A stretch of DNA of 64,000 bases. It comes from a virus. Location of the stretch: positions 27,253 to 91,252 of the IMG/VR virus record IMGVR_UViG_3300028192_000001. One strand, given 5' to 3'. The notes under the pieces are model-generated. The model saw nothing but the letters and a program-made list of their open reading frames with translations. It was not told where the DNA came from and did not search any database. Both the position numbers and the translations under genes were made by a program. This document shows positions 11,061 to 20,724 of this stretch, one piece after another. The number at the start of each line of letters is the position of its first letter. Position 1 is the stretch's first letter.

Positions 11061-11404
11061 CTTCCTAAAACGTCTTTAATATCTCTTTTTTTGATTTTAT
11101 GTAATTGTGTATAATAATGATTTACATTTTTTGCATAAATGTTCATTACATCATCAACAAACTTTGCAAAGTCTAATATTTGTGCAGGATTATCATTATC
11201 ATCAATTATTGTGACGTCTTTAGTTTGCCCTTTTTGTAAAAGTAAATTAATAAAAGTTATAAATTCTCGATTAATTTTAAATTTTGAGCCATTAGCATAA
11301 TGTACATTTTGATCTAGAAACTTTTGCTTTAAAATTCTCTTTTGGTTATTGTATGTAACCATGTAATTGGAAAATTCCAGTGCTTTTTTTAATCGATCAT
11401 CCAT
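11057..11404 (-). CDS. Hypothetical protein (first gene of glycan cluster)
   Basis: ATG at 11404 (MDDRLKKALEFSNY) lies 7 nt from a sigma70 -10 box. Confidence 0.7.
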   Translation of the reverse strand: MDDRLKKALEFSNYMVTYNNQKRILKQKFLDQNVHYANGSKFKINREFITFINLLLQKGQTKDVTIIDDNDNPAQILDFAKFVDDVMNIYAKNVNHYYTQLHKIKKRDIKDVLGR

Positions 11405-11411
11405 GAGCACT

Positions 11412-11440
11412 AGTATATATTAGTCAGAAAAATAGGTCAA
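11412..11440 (-). promoter_or_regulatory. Sigma70-type promoter TTGACC-N17-TATACT
   Basis: Near-consensus hexamers with 17-nt spacer read directly on the minus strand. Confidence 0.7.
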
Positions 11441-11473
11441 GTAAGATATGAATTTATCTTGATTAATTAACTA

Positions 11474-12379
11474 TTAATTGAAGTTATCTGTTACTGCAAA
11501 TACTGGTCTACTATGCTGTACAGCACTTGCATTATTAGGATAATACGAAGTTACCGTTAATATAGTTGAACCACTTACATCTTCATCAACCGCCGCGCCA
11601 GTTCCTGTTTGGTCACCTGCGTCTTCATCAAAGCAAGTTACAATAAATTCTAATACAGTTGAACTAGAGTCTCTACAAGTAACAAAAAAGTCATTTTCTG
11701 CATAAACACCACCGCCGCCAACGTCATGTTGGAAAACTTGTTGTGCTGATCCTGTCATATCGACATTACCTATTGTAGTTTCATCACCGTTTCCTGTTGA
11801 TGTTGTTGCAGTTCTACCATACTTAATAGTACCTGCATCACCAAATAAAGTACTCCATGATGTATATTTTGTTCCAGATCCACCTGATACTGAAAGTACC
11901 ATTCTTATTTCTCCGCCTGCATTAAAGTATTGTCTTTTTGCATCTGCAGAAGAAAATGTAACTGTATAAGTTGTGTTAATTGTATCTGTTGATCCACCCC
12001 AAGCAGAAGATCTTGTTTCTGTTGCTTCTGTTGCCGTTGCAAAATTTCCTGCGGCCGCATTTAATCTATTTGTTTCTGCCGCTGTTCCTTCTGCTTCGTA
12101 TTGTGCCCAACCTTTTTTAGTTGTTGCGTTAGTTTCTTCGATTATATCACCTGCTGATAGGCTGACAATAGCCGAAGTTGCTGATGCTGTTTGATGCAGA
12201 ATACATTTATTAATATCTGCGTGTACAAGTGCTAAATGAGATGCTGTTACTACGTCGCCTGCGGCAACTTGTCCTGATGTTACAGTTACTCCGTAACCTT
12301 TGTCGCTTGACCCAGTACCCAAAACATTTGACACTTTTGTTTGTAATGTGTTGTATCTTGCCGCTGTTACTACTGACAT
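11474..12379 (-). CDS. Virion structural protein (tail/baseplate accessory)
   Basis: Thr/Ser/Gly-rich; YFNAGGEIR motif seen in jumbo myophage virion proteins. Confidence 0.6.
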   Translation of the reverse strand: MSVVTAARYNTLQTKVSNVLGTGSSDKGYGVTVTSGQVAAGDVVTASHLALVHADINKCILHQTASATSAIVSLSAGDIIEETNATTKKGWAQYEAEGTAAETNRLNAAAGNFATATEATETRSSAWGGSTDTINTTYTVTFSSADAKRQYFNAGGEIRMVLSVSGGSGTKYTSWSTLFGDAGTIKYGRTATTSTGNGDETTIGNVDMTGSAQQVFQHDVGGGGVYAENDFFVTCRDSSSTVLEFIVTCFDEDAGDQTGTGAAVDEDVSGSTILTVTSYYPNNASAVQHSRPVFAVTDNFN

Positions 12380-12451
12380 AATTTTAATTCCTTCTTAGTC
12401 TAAATGTTTAATATTAAACATATTTATTTATCGTCGTTAATTAGGCACTTA

Positions 12452-14077
12452 TTACAGTTTAAGTACGCATTCTATTAGTTTTATACCACTATTATCACTG
12501 TCAACCATTGCTACTCCTACCATATGGGCATCAACATCTGCATTTTTTGATGCTACAGAATAATGATTCCATGGTAGTGCTACTCCTACTGTATCGCTTA
12601 CGTAAACTGCGTCTCCTTTATTCACTTGTCCAATAACTTTTACTGGAACCCTTCCTTTAAGTCCTACAATTTGTCCATTTGCATCAGCATTCATTAGATA
12701 TGCTGGATTTTCTGATACAACACCAATTGGTATACTACCTAGTTGTGAAGCAGTTGCTTCTTTTTCACCACCTATACATATAACAGTACCTATAGGATAC
12801 TCTTCATCAGTAAGATATTTTTCTGCCAAGTCAGCATATTGAGCCTGCGTAGCAATTGCGTGTACTACATTGGCTCTTAAATCAACCAAGTATCTGTCAT
12901 TTAAATTATTTCCTGATCTAAAGGCTGTCCAGGCTCCGCCTGCGTTACCGTGTGTAGTTGTACCATCATCTGCAAATGATTCATCCCAAACCCAAAATGC
13001 ATCTTGTAAATTTGGGGATGACGGTCCTTCACCATCATCACTAGATGCTCCTCTATTAACTTGAAGTCCTGTAAAGTTTACTAAAGCATTAATTACTGAT
13101 CCTGCTGGACCTTGCTTCATTCGAATCATGTTATCTTCAACATCTAATGTTGATACTGATGTTGATACACTCTCAGCAGACGTTAATGTTCCTGTAACTG
13201 TTAAATCACCAGTGACTACCGTAGTATTTTCTAATTGTAACGTTCCATTATTTGTATTATTTTTTAATTTTGCATCTAAACCAGATATTGTAAGTGTTAA
13301 ATCACTATCTGCTCCAATTGTAACACCACTATCATTTATAACTCCTAATGAACCACTGGTTGTATCATTAGCATCTGCTCTTAAAAATTGTGATGCTGAA
13401 ATTGCCACTGAACCTATTGTATCATAAAGTCCTTCTGCTAATGTGGCTGTTCCTTGAAATTTGTTTCCTGCTAATGCAGACGATAATGTAATTCCTTTGT
13501 ATACTGTAGAAAATCCTGCTGAAATTAATTCAGCACCTGGTGTACCAACAGTATTTTTTGGTTGAAATTCTTCTGACGCTACAACATATATTATCGTATC
13601 ACCAACAACACCTTTTAATACATTTTTATTTGTACCTAATGATGATTCAATTACTTCAGGCACCATTAACGTAACACCTGAGCCTGCAACTGATGTTGGA
13701 CCAATTAAAACCCAAGTACTACCACTATAAACATATAATTGTGAATTAGTAGTATCAAACCACATATCACCTTTTACAGAACTAGTTGGTTGCGTTACAG
13801 TAGTTGTTGATCCACCTACTGGTTTCCATTTGGTACCAGTATAAACATTTACTTGATTATTTGTCGCATCATACCAAAGTTGCCCTTTAACTTTGTTATC
13901 TGGTGCTGTTGTATTTGAGAAGTTTTCTAATAATTTTACAAAATTCTCATTTAACTTTTCACCAAATCCTGCGTATCCTTTTCCAAATAATGAAATATCA
14001 GTAGTTGTAGTATCAATTGTACCATCTTTTAATATTACTACTGTTGCTCCAGTTGTATCGTTTATTGTATAAGACAT
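12452..14077 (-). CDS. Tail fibre/virion protein with C-terminal AQYADLAE (intramolecular chaperone-like) domain
   Basis: Shared N-terminal domain GKGYAGFGE..NENFVKLLENF; GQLWYD/GDMWFD repeats; ADLAE...GVVSENPAYLMN...GRVPVKV. Confidence 0.7.
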   Translation of the reverse strand: MSYTINDTTGATVVILKDGTIDTTTTDISLFGKGYAGFGEKLNENFVKLLENFSNTTAPDNKVKGQLWYDATNNQVNVYTGTKWKPVGGSTTTVTQPTSSVKGDMWFDTTNSQLYVYSGSTWVLIGPTSVAGSGVTLMVPEVIESSLGTNKNVLKGVVGDTIIYVVASEEFQPKNTVGTPGAELISAGFSTVYKGITLSSALAGNKFQGTATLAEGLYDTIGSVAISASQFLRADANDTTSGSLGVINDSGVTIGADSDLTLTISGLDAKLKNNTNNGTLQLENTTVVTGDLTVTGTLTSAESVSTSVSTLDVEDNMIRMKQGPAGSVINALVNFTGLQVNRGASSDDGEGPSSPNLQDAFWVWDESFADDGTTTHGNAGGAWTAFRSGNNLNDRYLVDLRANVVHAIATQAQYADLAEKYLTDEEYPIGTVICIGGEKEATASQLGSIPIGVVSENPAYLMNADANGQIVGLKGRVPVKVIGQVNKGDAVYVSDTVGVALPWNHYSVASKNADVDAHMVGVAMVDSDNSGIKLIECVLKL

Positions 14078-14080
14078 ATC

Positions 14081-14302
14081 CTACTCGACCTTTTCTATGC
14101 TAACTCTATTAGGGGCGCTAGTAGATTCGTTTTCCCTAATCTTTACCAACCACCATACATCTCCTACTAGTTTAATCAACATAGTTGCTAATTGAGGATC
14201 TATGCTTTGTTGAAGTAAAGAAAACTCGCCGGGTGTCCAGAGTTCTTTTTCATCTATACTATTAATATAGTCTGATACGTCTTTTTTTGTAATCTCTGCC
14301 AT
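14081..14302 (-). CDS. Hypothetical protein
   Basis: 73 aa, strong SD (AGGAG) upstream. Confidence 0.7.
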   Translation of the reverse strand: MAEITKKDVSDYINSIDEKELWTPGEFSLLQQSIDPQLATMLIKLVGDVWWLVKIRENESTSAPNRVSIEKVE

Positions 14303-14326
14303 TTTGTTAAATGCTCCTATTAATTA

Positions 14327-14818
14327 CTATTTATTAGTGTTATGTTGCTTCTTGATTTGTTCTTCATCTGATATCCAATCCAAATTTTTGTATTTTTCAC
14401 TTGTAAGATCTCTTAAAAATGTCTTAACATCACTTTCTGTAAGCGTCATATTGTGATATTTAACATATCTTTTATGTAGTCCTTTTTCTTTTGTTGCAGT
14501 ATATACTAACCTCATACCTTTAGATCTAGCAAGTTCCATTATAGCATCAATACACATTTTTAAGGATTTATGGGCGGTTCTTGTACGTAATCCACTATCA
14601 CCTTCTGGTTCTTCAACTATAACCCATTCCATAAATGCAAACTTTGTACCTACACCTATATACAATCCTCCACCACAAATAGGTGTACCATCATCACTTT
14701 CTACTATAATGCCATCAGGAGGTAAGCATTCCTTTGGTACTATACCAAATTCCCATTGTTTCCACCATCGAACCAATGTTGAATAATCACTCTCTAGATT
14801 CCATTTTCTAGATTTCAT
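14327..14818 (-). CDS. GNAT-fold (acetyltransferase-like) protein
   Basis: LPPDGIIVE...ICGGGLY...AFMEWVI...AIMELARSKGMRLVY pattern. Confidence 0.5.
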   Translation of the reverse strand: MKSRKWNLESDYSTLVRWWKQWEFGIVPKECLPPDGIIVESDDGTPICGGGLYIGVGTKFAFMEWVIVEEPEGDSGLRTRTAHKSLKMCIDAIMELARSKGMRLVYTATKEKGLHKRYVKYHNMTLTESDVKTFLRDLTSEKYKNLDWISDEEQIKKQHNTNK

Positions 14819-14832
14819 TATAAGTTATTTTA

Positions 14833-17019
14833 TTATTTTTTATTAATAAGGTCAACGACTTGTTCGGCAATTTCTTCATCTGTTTTATGATACTCACTAA
14901 AATATTCCTCACCTAACTTTTCAAGTCCTTTTTGTTCAAATCCATCAAAATAATCTGTAAACAATGTATCGTTTATTAAGATTCTTCTATTCTCACAACC
15001 AAACACATATACAGTATGATCTCCTGGACCTAATGATTTACCAAGTTCGCTATCTAGAACTCTGATCCATTTGGTATTTTCTTTAACCATATGAGATCCT
15101 GAAACTTTTATTCCTTTATAGTCATATAGATCATTAACTAAAAATTTTCCACAACCAAACACAAAACCACCAACGGCTACTTGATCTCTTAATGTAACTT
15201 CTTCTACTGGTTTTGTTGATCCATCTGCCATTGTAATTGGTGTGCCTGCAATAAAGCAACCTTTATTGTGTACAACATGACCATCAGCAATATATAAATT
15301 ATCATTTGAAACATGGAAGTTATATAAAGGCATATCCGGATCGTTTATTTCCTTTGATTTAATCTCTGTAATTTCAACCAAGCCACTATCCATCACAAGT
15401 TTGTCGCCAACTTTTAGTTCGCCTTTTAATTGATCATAAAGTTCAACGCCATCACGTTCTTTTGTTTTCTCTGGTTTAATTGATTTCCATCCTTCTTCTG
15501 TCATAAATGGATGTTCTGATGTAAAGAAATAATTCTCACTATCATTAAATGCATATAATTTTCTATTTGATAATACTGTTGGATCAAGAGCAATAACTTT
15601 ATTATCTCCATTTTTTCCTTTTACTATATCGCCAACTATAATATCTTCAATATTTTTATCTGTACCATCTGCCATACGAACCTTGGTACCTGCAATAAAA
15701 CAACTACCGCCGCCACCAATTGGTCCGCTATAATTTGATGCCGAACCTGTTGAAGAAGTTCCATCGTCTTTGTCATAAAAACCATACTTTGCACTGGGAT
15801 TCCATTGGTATTGACCAACTGAAGGAACTTGTGGACTATATTGACCAGTAGGTAAATTACCTGTTGCTTCATGTGGATTAACATAAGAAGGTTCGCTTGG
15901 AATAATTCCATCACCTTGGCCTCCACCTGCTTGATGCGGTGGTGCACTTGCAGGAACATTTTCTACAACTGGTGTTCCACCAGTTCCATCTGTTCCTGAT
16001 GTTGATGCGCCTCCTATGTCTCCAAATCCATCAGCCATTGATGTAAAAATAACATCACCACTAAACAATGCTTTCCATACCCCTGATACTTTGGTATATC
16101 CTCCAATTAATTTTTTCCATACACCTGCTACCTTATATTTCATTGTTGGCATTTTCTTCCATGTACCTCCAACTTTAAAAAATCCTTCTGCTGGTATATT
16201 AAAAACTACAATTGCTAATCCATCTTTACCTGCATGACCTTCTGCTCCGCCTATTGCAAGAGGATTTGTATAAGCAGTATAACCTAACACAGATGTAGGA
16301 GTTTGTTGTGGTGTTAATCCTGATCCACTGTTTGATGTTCCGCCTGCAGGTACTAAATTTCCTCCTGAGTACCCAGCATAGCCTCCCATATCTCCGATGT
16401 TACCCGAGCCACCTTTTCCGGCCTTGTTACCGCCTCCAGCGCCTCCGCCACCGGCACCATCACCTGTGTGTTTAGCACCATTTTCTCCTAAGTAACCTGG
16501 TGTATGTGCTGTTGCTGAATTTGTATTAAGGCCAGCACCCCCTCTTGAAGCCATTCCAGATCCACCTGCTCCGCCACCGCCACCAGCGATAGCAATTTTA
16601 ATATTATCTAATGTTTGTCCCGATTCGTATAATGTAATTGTTGTGGCACCTCCACCACCACCTCCAGAACCTGATGTTCCAAATGTACCCGATTTTCCAC
16701 CGGTACCACCTGAATACCCAGTCATACCTTTTCCGTTGATACCACCTTGTGCAGTAGTTCCAGAAGATCCGCCACCAGCGCCGCCTCCAACAGCAACTAC
16801 CATGCTTTTTTTACCAGCATATGCAGACATATCTATTCCTGTGGCTGTAACATATTGTCCTGCGGCCGCGTCTGCACCTTCTCCAGCATAATCTGAACCA
16901 CCAGAACCTCCGGCACCGCCCCATAGATAAACATCTATTGATGCAACACCAATTGGTATATGTGCTATTTGAAGTTTTCCTGTGTACTTAAAGACTTTAG
17001 TAATTGTAGTGATTGCCAT
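14833..17019 (-). CDS. Glycine-rich virion protein with two tandem Hint (intein-like) domains
   Basis: WGGAGGSGG glycine-rich N-half; CFIAGTKVRMADG...FTSEHPF...LYNFHV..DNLYIADGHVVHN then KG then CFIAGTPITMADG...VSGSH. Confidence 0.85.
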   Translation of the reverse strand: MAITTITKVFKYTGKLQIAHIPIGVASIDVYLWGGAGGSGGSDYAGEGADAAAGQYVTATGIDMSAYAGKKSMVVAVGGGAGGGSSGTTAQGGINGKGMTGYSGGTGGKSGTFGTSGSGGGGGGATTITLYESGQTLDNIKIAIAGGGGGAGGSGMASRGGAGLNTNSATAHTPGYLGENGAKHTGDGAGGGGAGGGNKAGKGGSGNIGDMGGYAGYSGGNLVPAGGTSNSGSGLTPQQTPTSVLGYTAYTNPLAIGGAEGHAGKDGLAIVVFNIPAEGFFKVGGTWKKMPTMKYKVAGVWKKLIGGYTKVSGVWKALFSGDVIFTSMADGFGDIGGASTSGTDGTGGTPVVENVPASAPPHQAGGGQGDGIIPSEPSYVNPHEATGNLPTGQYSPQVPSVGQYQWNPSAKYGFYDKDDGTSSTGSASNYSGPIGGGGSCFIAGTKVRMADGTDKNIEDIIVGDIVKGKNGDNKVIALDPTVLSNRKLYAFNDSENYFFTSEHPFMTEEGWKSIKPEKTKERDGVELYDQLKGELKVGDKLVMDSGLVEITEIKSKEINDPDMPLYNFHVSNDNLYIADGHVVHNKGCFIAGTPITMADGSTKPVEEVTLRDQVAVGGFVFGCGKFLVNDLYDYKGIKVSGSHMVKENTKWIRVLDSELGKSLGPGDHTVYVFGCENRRILINDTLFTDYFDGFEQKGLEKLGEEYFSEYHKTDEEIAEQVVDLINKK

Positions 17020-17023
17020 GGGA

Positions 17024-18457
17024 TTATACCTCCCTTACAAACCAAAAGTCCCCGTCATTTCCGTCACCTGAGGTTGGCAAAGTTGTATTAACAAATTTTG
17101 CTGACCCTCCCCATAGGTTACCAAATGTAACAACGGCACCAGTGGTTGGTACGTTTAAGTTAGAAGTGTCGCCTTCTGCAATTGCTCCAACGGCACCTAA
17201 TGTTGCTGTTGTAACTTTAACATTACCTGACGCATTTGTTTTTAATACTTTTTCTTTATTAGTATGACCATCTACTGTGGCATCTGCTAATGTTATAACT
17301 TGAGAATATGCTTGATTTTCTCCAGCAACCCAATTATTTGTTGAAACTTGATAAAATAATCTTGCGTCATCTGTATCACTAGTTTCAGCAATTAATCCTG
17401 CGTCTGCTTCTGCGTTACCTGTGTTTACTTTAATAAATGCATCATCATATGTACTAACGTTTGAACTTGCTGTATCATGTTCTCCCGATACTGTTAGATT
17501 TCCTGTAATTGTTACATCACCTGTAAGTGCTATATTACCTGTTGTTCCTGTAATTGCTATTGGAGTTTTTGTTACTCCGCCATCATTAATTGTTACTGAT
17601 AAATTTTTATCTTGTGATGGATTTCTTAGTATTACATGATTATTGCTATCAACTTCAATTTCAAAATCTGACGTTGATCCTGTTGTTCTTCCTATGCTTA
17701 ATTGATTTGATAACGATGCTACATCATTTTGTATTGTTAATGATCCTGCCATTGCGTCACTTGTATCTGCTCTTACAAAATTTCCACCTGCAATAACTGT
17801 TGCTGATGTATTTGTTGTGCTTGATACTTCAAGTGCCGCCGCCTGTGCTGACGATCCTTTAAAACTAGCACCTAATAAATTGTTTAATGTAATTCCTGGA
17901 AATATCTTTGGAAATCCTGTATTTGCGGCAAGCCACGTAGCATCAGGTGTAAATTCATTTTTTGATAAAATTGCAACTCTTGTATTTGCCGCATACATTG
18001 AAGAAACAACGTGTGTTCCTCCGTTATATGTTACTGTGTCAATTTTCCATCCTGATTGTGTTTGTCCATCTGCCCATACTGGCCCAACTAATTTCCATGA
18101 TGCTCCTGTATAAGCATAAACCTGATTGTCATCTGTATCTAACCAAAGATCTCCTGTTGCAGAAGATGTTGGTTCTGTTGCTGATGCTCTTGCTCCACCT
18201 GTTGGTACAAAAGCAGTACCATTATATACTTTTATTGATCCTGCTGATTCATCATACCAAAGTTCTCCTTTTACTGGAGCAACTGGTGCCGATGCTGATG
18301 CTGAATTTTCTAGTAATCTTACTAAATCTTCATTTAATGCTTCACCAAATCCTGAATAACTCTTACCAAACAATATTAACGATGTTGTATTATCGATTGT
18401 ACCGTCAGTAATTGTTGCTATTTGATCACCTTTTGTGTTATTGATATAGTATGGCAT
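17024..18457 (-). CDS. Tail fibre/virion protein (paralogue of 12452 and 18472)
   Basis: GKSYSGFGE..NEDLVRLLEN, GELWYD, C-terminal PTSGDGNDGDFWF. Confidence 0.7.
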   Translation of the reverse strand: MPYYINNTKGDQIATITDGTIDNTTSLILFGKSYSGFGEALNEDLVRLLENSASASAPVAPVKGELWYDESAGSIKVYNGTAFVPTGGARASATEPTSSATGDLWLDTDDNQVYAYTGASWKLVGPVWADGQTQSGWKIDTVTYNGGTHVVSSMYAANTRVAILSKNEFTPDATWLAANTGFPKIFPGITLNNLLGASFKGSSAQAAALEVSSTTNTSATVIAGGNFVRADTSDAMAGSLTIQNDVASLSNQLSIGRTTGSTSDFEIEVDSNNHVILRNPSQDKNLSVTINDGGVTKTPIAITGTTGNIALTGDVTITGNLTVSGEHDTASSNVSTYDDAFIKVNTGNAEADAGLIAETSDTDDARLFYQVSTNNWVAGENQAYSQVITLADATVDGHTNKEKVLKTNASGNVKVTTATLGAVGAIAEGDTSNLNVPTTGAVVTFGNLWGGSAKFVNTTLPTSGDGNDGDFWFVREV

Positions 18458-18471
18458 AATATTACCCTTAT

Positions 18472-19983
18472 TTATAGTCTCCCTACACTAATTAAAATGA
18501 CACTTTCTTTCACGTCTTCTTTAGTTTCTATTGCTTTTCCTACAATAGATCCAAGTACTGGAGACATGGCTTTTTTTGCACATCCTGGTTTATCACCTGC
18601 TGTTGTAAGCAAATCTCCTTTTGAAACTGTTCCATAAACTCTGCATTTTACTTTTCCTACAAGAGCAACTATTTGCCCTTCTTGATCTGTATTCATTAGA
18701 TATGCTGGATTTTCACTAATAACTCCTGCAACTCTTGTGTCATTTGATATTGTTGATTGTGTAACTTCTTTACTACCTCCAAATATAACAACTGTACCTA
18801 CTTGATAATTTCCATCTGATTCATACACCTCAGCCAAATCAGCATATTGAGCCTGACTTGCTGTTGTAGTTAAAATATTTGTAGATGGATTATAAGAAAG
18901 TCCTGCATCAGTAAACAATGCTTCGTTACCATTTACTGTTACAAATGTTGGATATACTGTTGTATCTTCTGTATCTTTTGCTGTAACCGTTACTTTTGTT
19001 GCAATAGGGGCCGTGCCTGTAATATCACCTGTAACGTTTCCAGTGAATGCTCCTACAAATGATGTTGCTTTAATTGTGCCTGTTACATCAAGTTCAGCAG
19101 TTGGCGTTGAATTTTTAATTCCAATTCTACCTGTTGACCCATCAATCCTAAGCATTTCTGTTGCAGTTCCATCGACATTTGTTTTAAAAATTATATCTTT
19201 ATCTTGTGTAACATTTTCAAGTGTAACATTATTTGAATCTACTTCAATTTGAAAATCTTGTTGATCACCAATATGAATTCCATCATTAGTATCCAATGTT
19301 AACCTACCGGTCATTGTATCTGCCGCAGTGGCAGTTATAAATCCTGTTGCATCAATTCCACCAAGTGCATCTGCATTCGTGGCTGTGCCTTGAAACTTTA
19401 CTCCAGTTATTGCTGTTGTTAAGGTTATTCCTTTTTTAACAGTACCAAATCCTGTAATAGCAGTTTTAGGAGTAAATTCATTTTCTGAAATAACAGCAAT
19501 TAAATTTGTATTATTCCAAAGTTTTGTAATTACTTGCGTTGCATCTGTACTATCTGGAATAGAATCAAATGCAAATCCACTTGTACTTGATGACGATGGA
19601 CCAACTAAAACGTGAGATGCTCCATTATAAAAATACAATTGGTCAGTATCTGAATCGATCCATATATCACCTTGTGATGCCGACGATGGCTCAGAAGTTT
19701 GATAAACTGCTCCACCTAATGGTTGAAATAATACACCTGAATATACTTTTAATCTTTGTTTTGATTCATCATACCAAAGTTGTCCTGCAATTGGTTTATT
19801 CGGAGCAGTTGTATTTGCAAAATTTTCTAATAAATGTAAAAAGTCTTCAGCAACAATTTCACCATATCCTGAATATCCTTTACCTACAAAAGCAAGATCT
19901 GTTTCAGAATTTAAAATAGAATCTTGAACAATGTAAGAACTAACAGATGCTGATGAATTGGTTTTATTTACTGTATAAGCCAT
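18472..19983 (-). CDS. Tail fibre/virion protein with C-terminal AQYADLAE domain
   Basis: GKGYSGYGE...LLENF, GQLWYD; ADLAE...GVISENPAYLMN...KGDLL...IVGKAIE. Confidence 0.7.
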   Translation of the reverse strand: MAYTVNKTNSSASVSSYIVQDSILNSETDLAFVGKGYSGYGEIVAEDFLHLLENFANTTAPNKPIAGQLWYDESKQRLKVYSGVLFQPLGGAVYQTSEPSSASQGDIWIDSDTDQLYFYNGASHVLVGPSSSSTSGFAFDSIPDSTDATQVITKLWNNTNLIAVISENEFTPKTAITGFGTVKKGITLTTAITGVKFQGTATNADALGGIDATGFITATAADTMTGRLTLDTNDGIHIGDQQDFQIEVDSNNVTLENVTQDKDIIFKTNVDGTATEMLRIDGSTGRIGIKNSTPTAELDVTGTIKATSFVGAFTGNVTGDITGTAPIATKVTVTAKDTEDTTVYPTFVTVNGNEALFTDAGLSYNPSTNILTTTASQAQYADLAEVYESDGNYQVGTVVIFGGSKEVTQSTISNDTRVAGVISENPAYLMNTDQEGQIVALVGKVKCRVYGTVSKGDLLTTAGDKPGCAKKAMSPVLGSIVGKAIETKEDVKESVILISVGRL

Positions 19984-19986
19984 TTA

Positions 19987-20715
19987 TTAATATCCTGTAT
20001 TACCACCCGATGTTGTTCCGCTTACAACATTACTTGTTGACAATGCTGTTGAACTTGTTTCTGTAAATGTTGTTAATGATTGTACTCTTAAAGTATAATC
20101 TATTTGAATTAATCTGTTTAATGATTTTTGTACTGGGTGGAATATAACGTGTGTTAGCAACTTATTTGTTGCTCCATCTTCTGTTCCTTCCCATGATCTA
20201 AGTCCTAATTCATCAAACACATAATCCCCATCAAAATTTGTTGTATTATCAAAAGCCGCCTGTCCTGTTGGCTCTCCATAATCTAAAGTGCAAGTACAAA
20301 CAATGTCAGTAAATTTATTACCTGCTGTATGTCGTACTTCCATTTTATTTCGTGTTGTGTCTTTGTTTGTAGCAGAATTATCATCTATTACTTTATAATA
20401 TGTTTGTGCGTATAACCCTGAATTTGTTCCTGTTGAATTTGGTGTTAAATATGTTATTACTCCAGTTGGATCAACTGTCGTGCCTCCATTTCCAAATGCC
20501 ATTTCATGTATAAATCCTGTTGTCTTATTCCCTAATGAATTTGCTAATGCTTGAGACATATTCTCATAGTGAATAGCATTTCTTTTATCCACCATTACTT
20601 CTCCGGTATCCGGATCAAATATTTTAATGTGTCCAGTCATCATTACACCCGATTCGTCATTTGGTACGTTTGATTTATTCTCTGGTTTTTCTTCTGTTTT
20701 GATTTCCTGTTTCAT
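19987..20715 (-). CDS. Baseplate/virion structural protein
   Basis: NAIHYENMS, FDELGL, THVIFHPVQKSLNRLIQIDYTLR motifs of jumbo myophage baseplate region. Confidence 0.65.
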   Translation of the reverse strand: MKQEIKTEEKPENKSNVPNDESGVMMTGHIKIFDPDTGEVMVDKRNAIHYENMSQALANSLGNKTTGFIHEMAFGNGGTTVDPTGVITYLTPNSTGTNSGLYAQTYYKVIDDNSATNKDTTRNKMEVRHTAGNKFTDIVCTCTLDYGEPTGQAAFDNTTNFDGDYVFDELGLRSWEGTEDGATNKLLTHVIFHPVQKSLNRLIQIDYTLRVQSLTTFTETSSTALSTSNVVSGTTSGGNTGY

Positions 20716-20724
20716 CTACTGTAT

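Noticed and set aside
15265-15702. Canonical splicing or homing intein
   Set aside because: +1 residue is Lys and there is no endonuclease domain; treated as a BIL-type Hint
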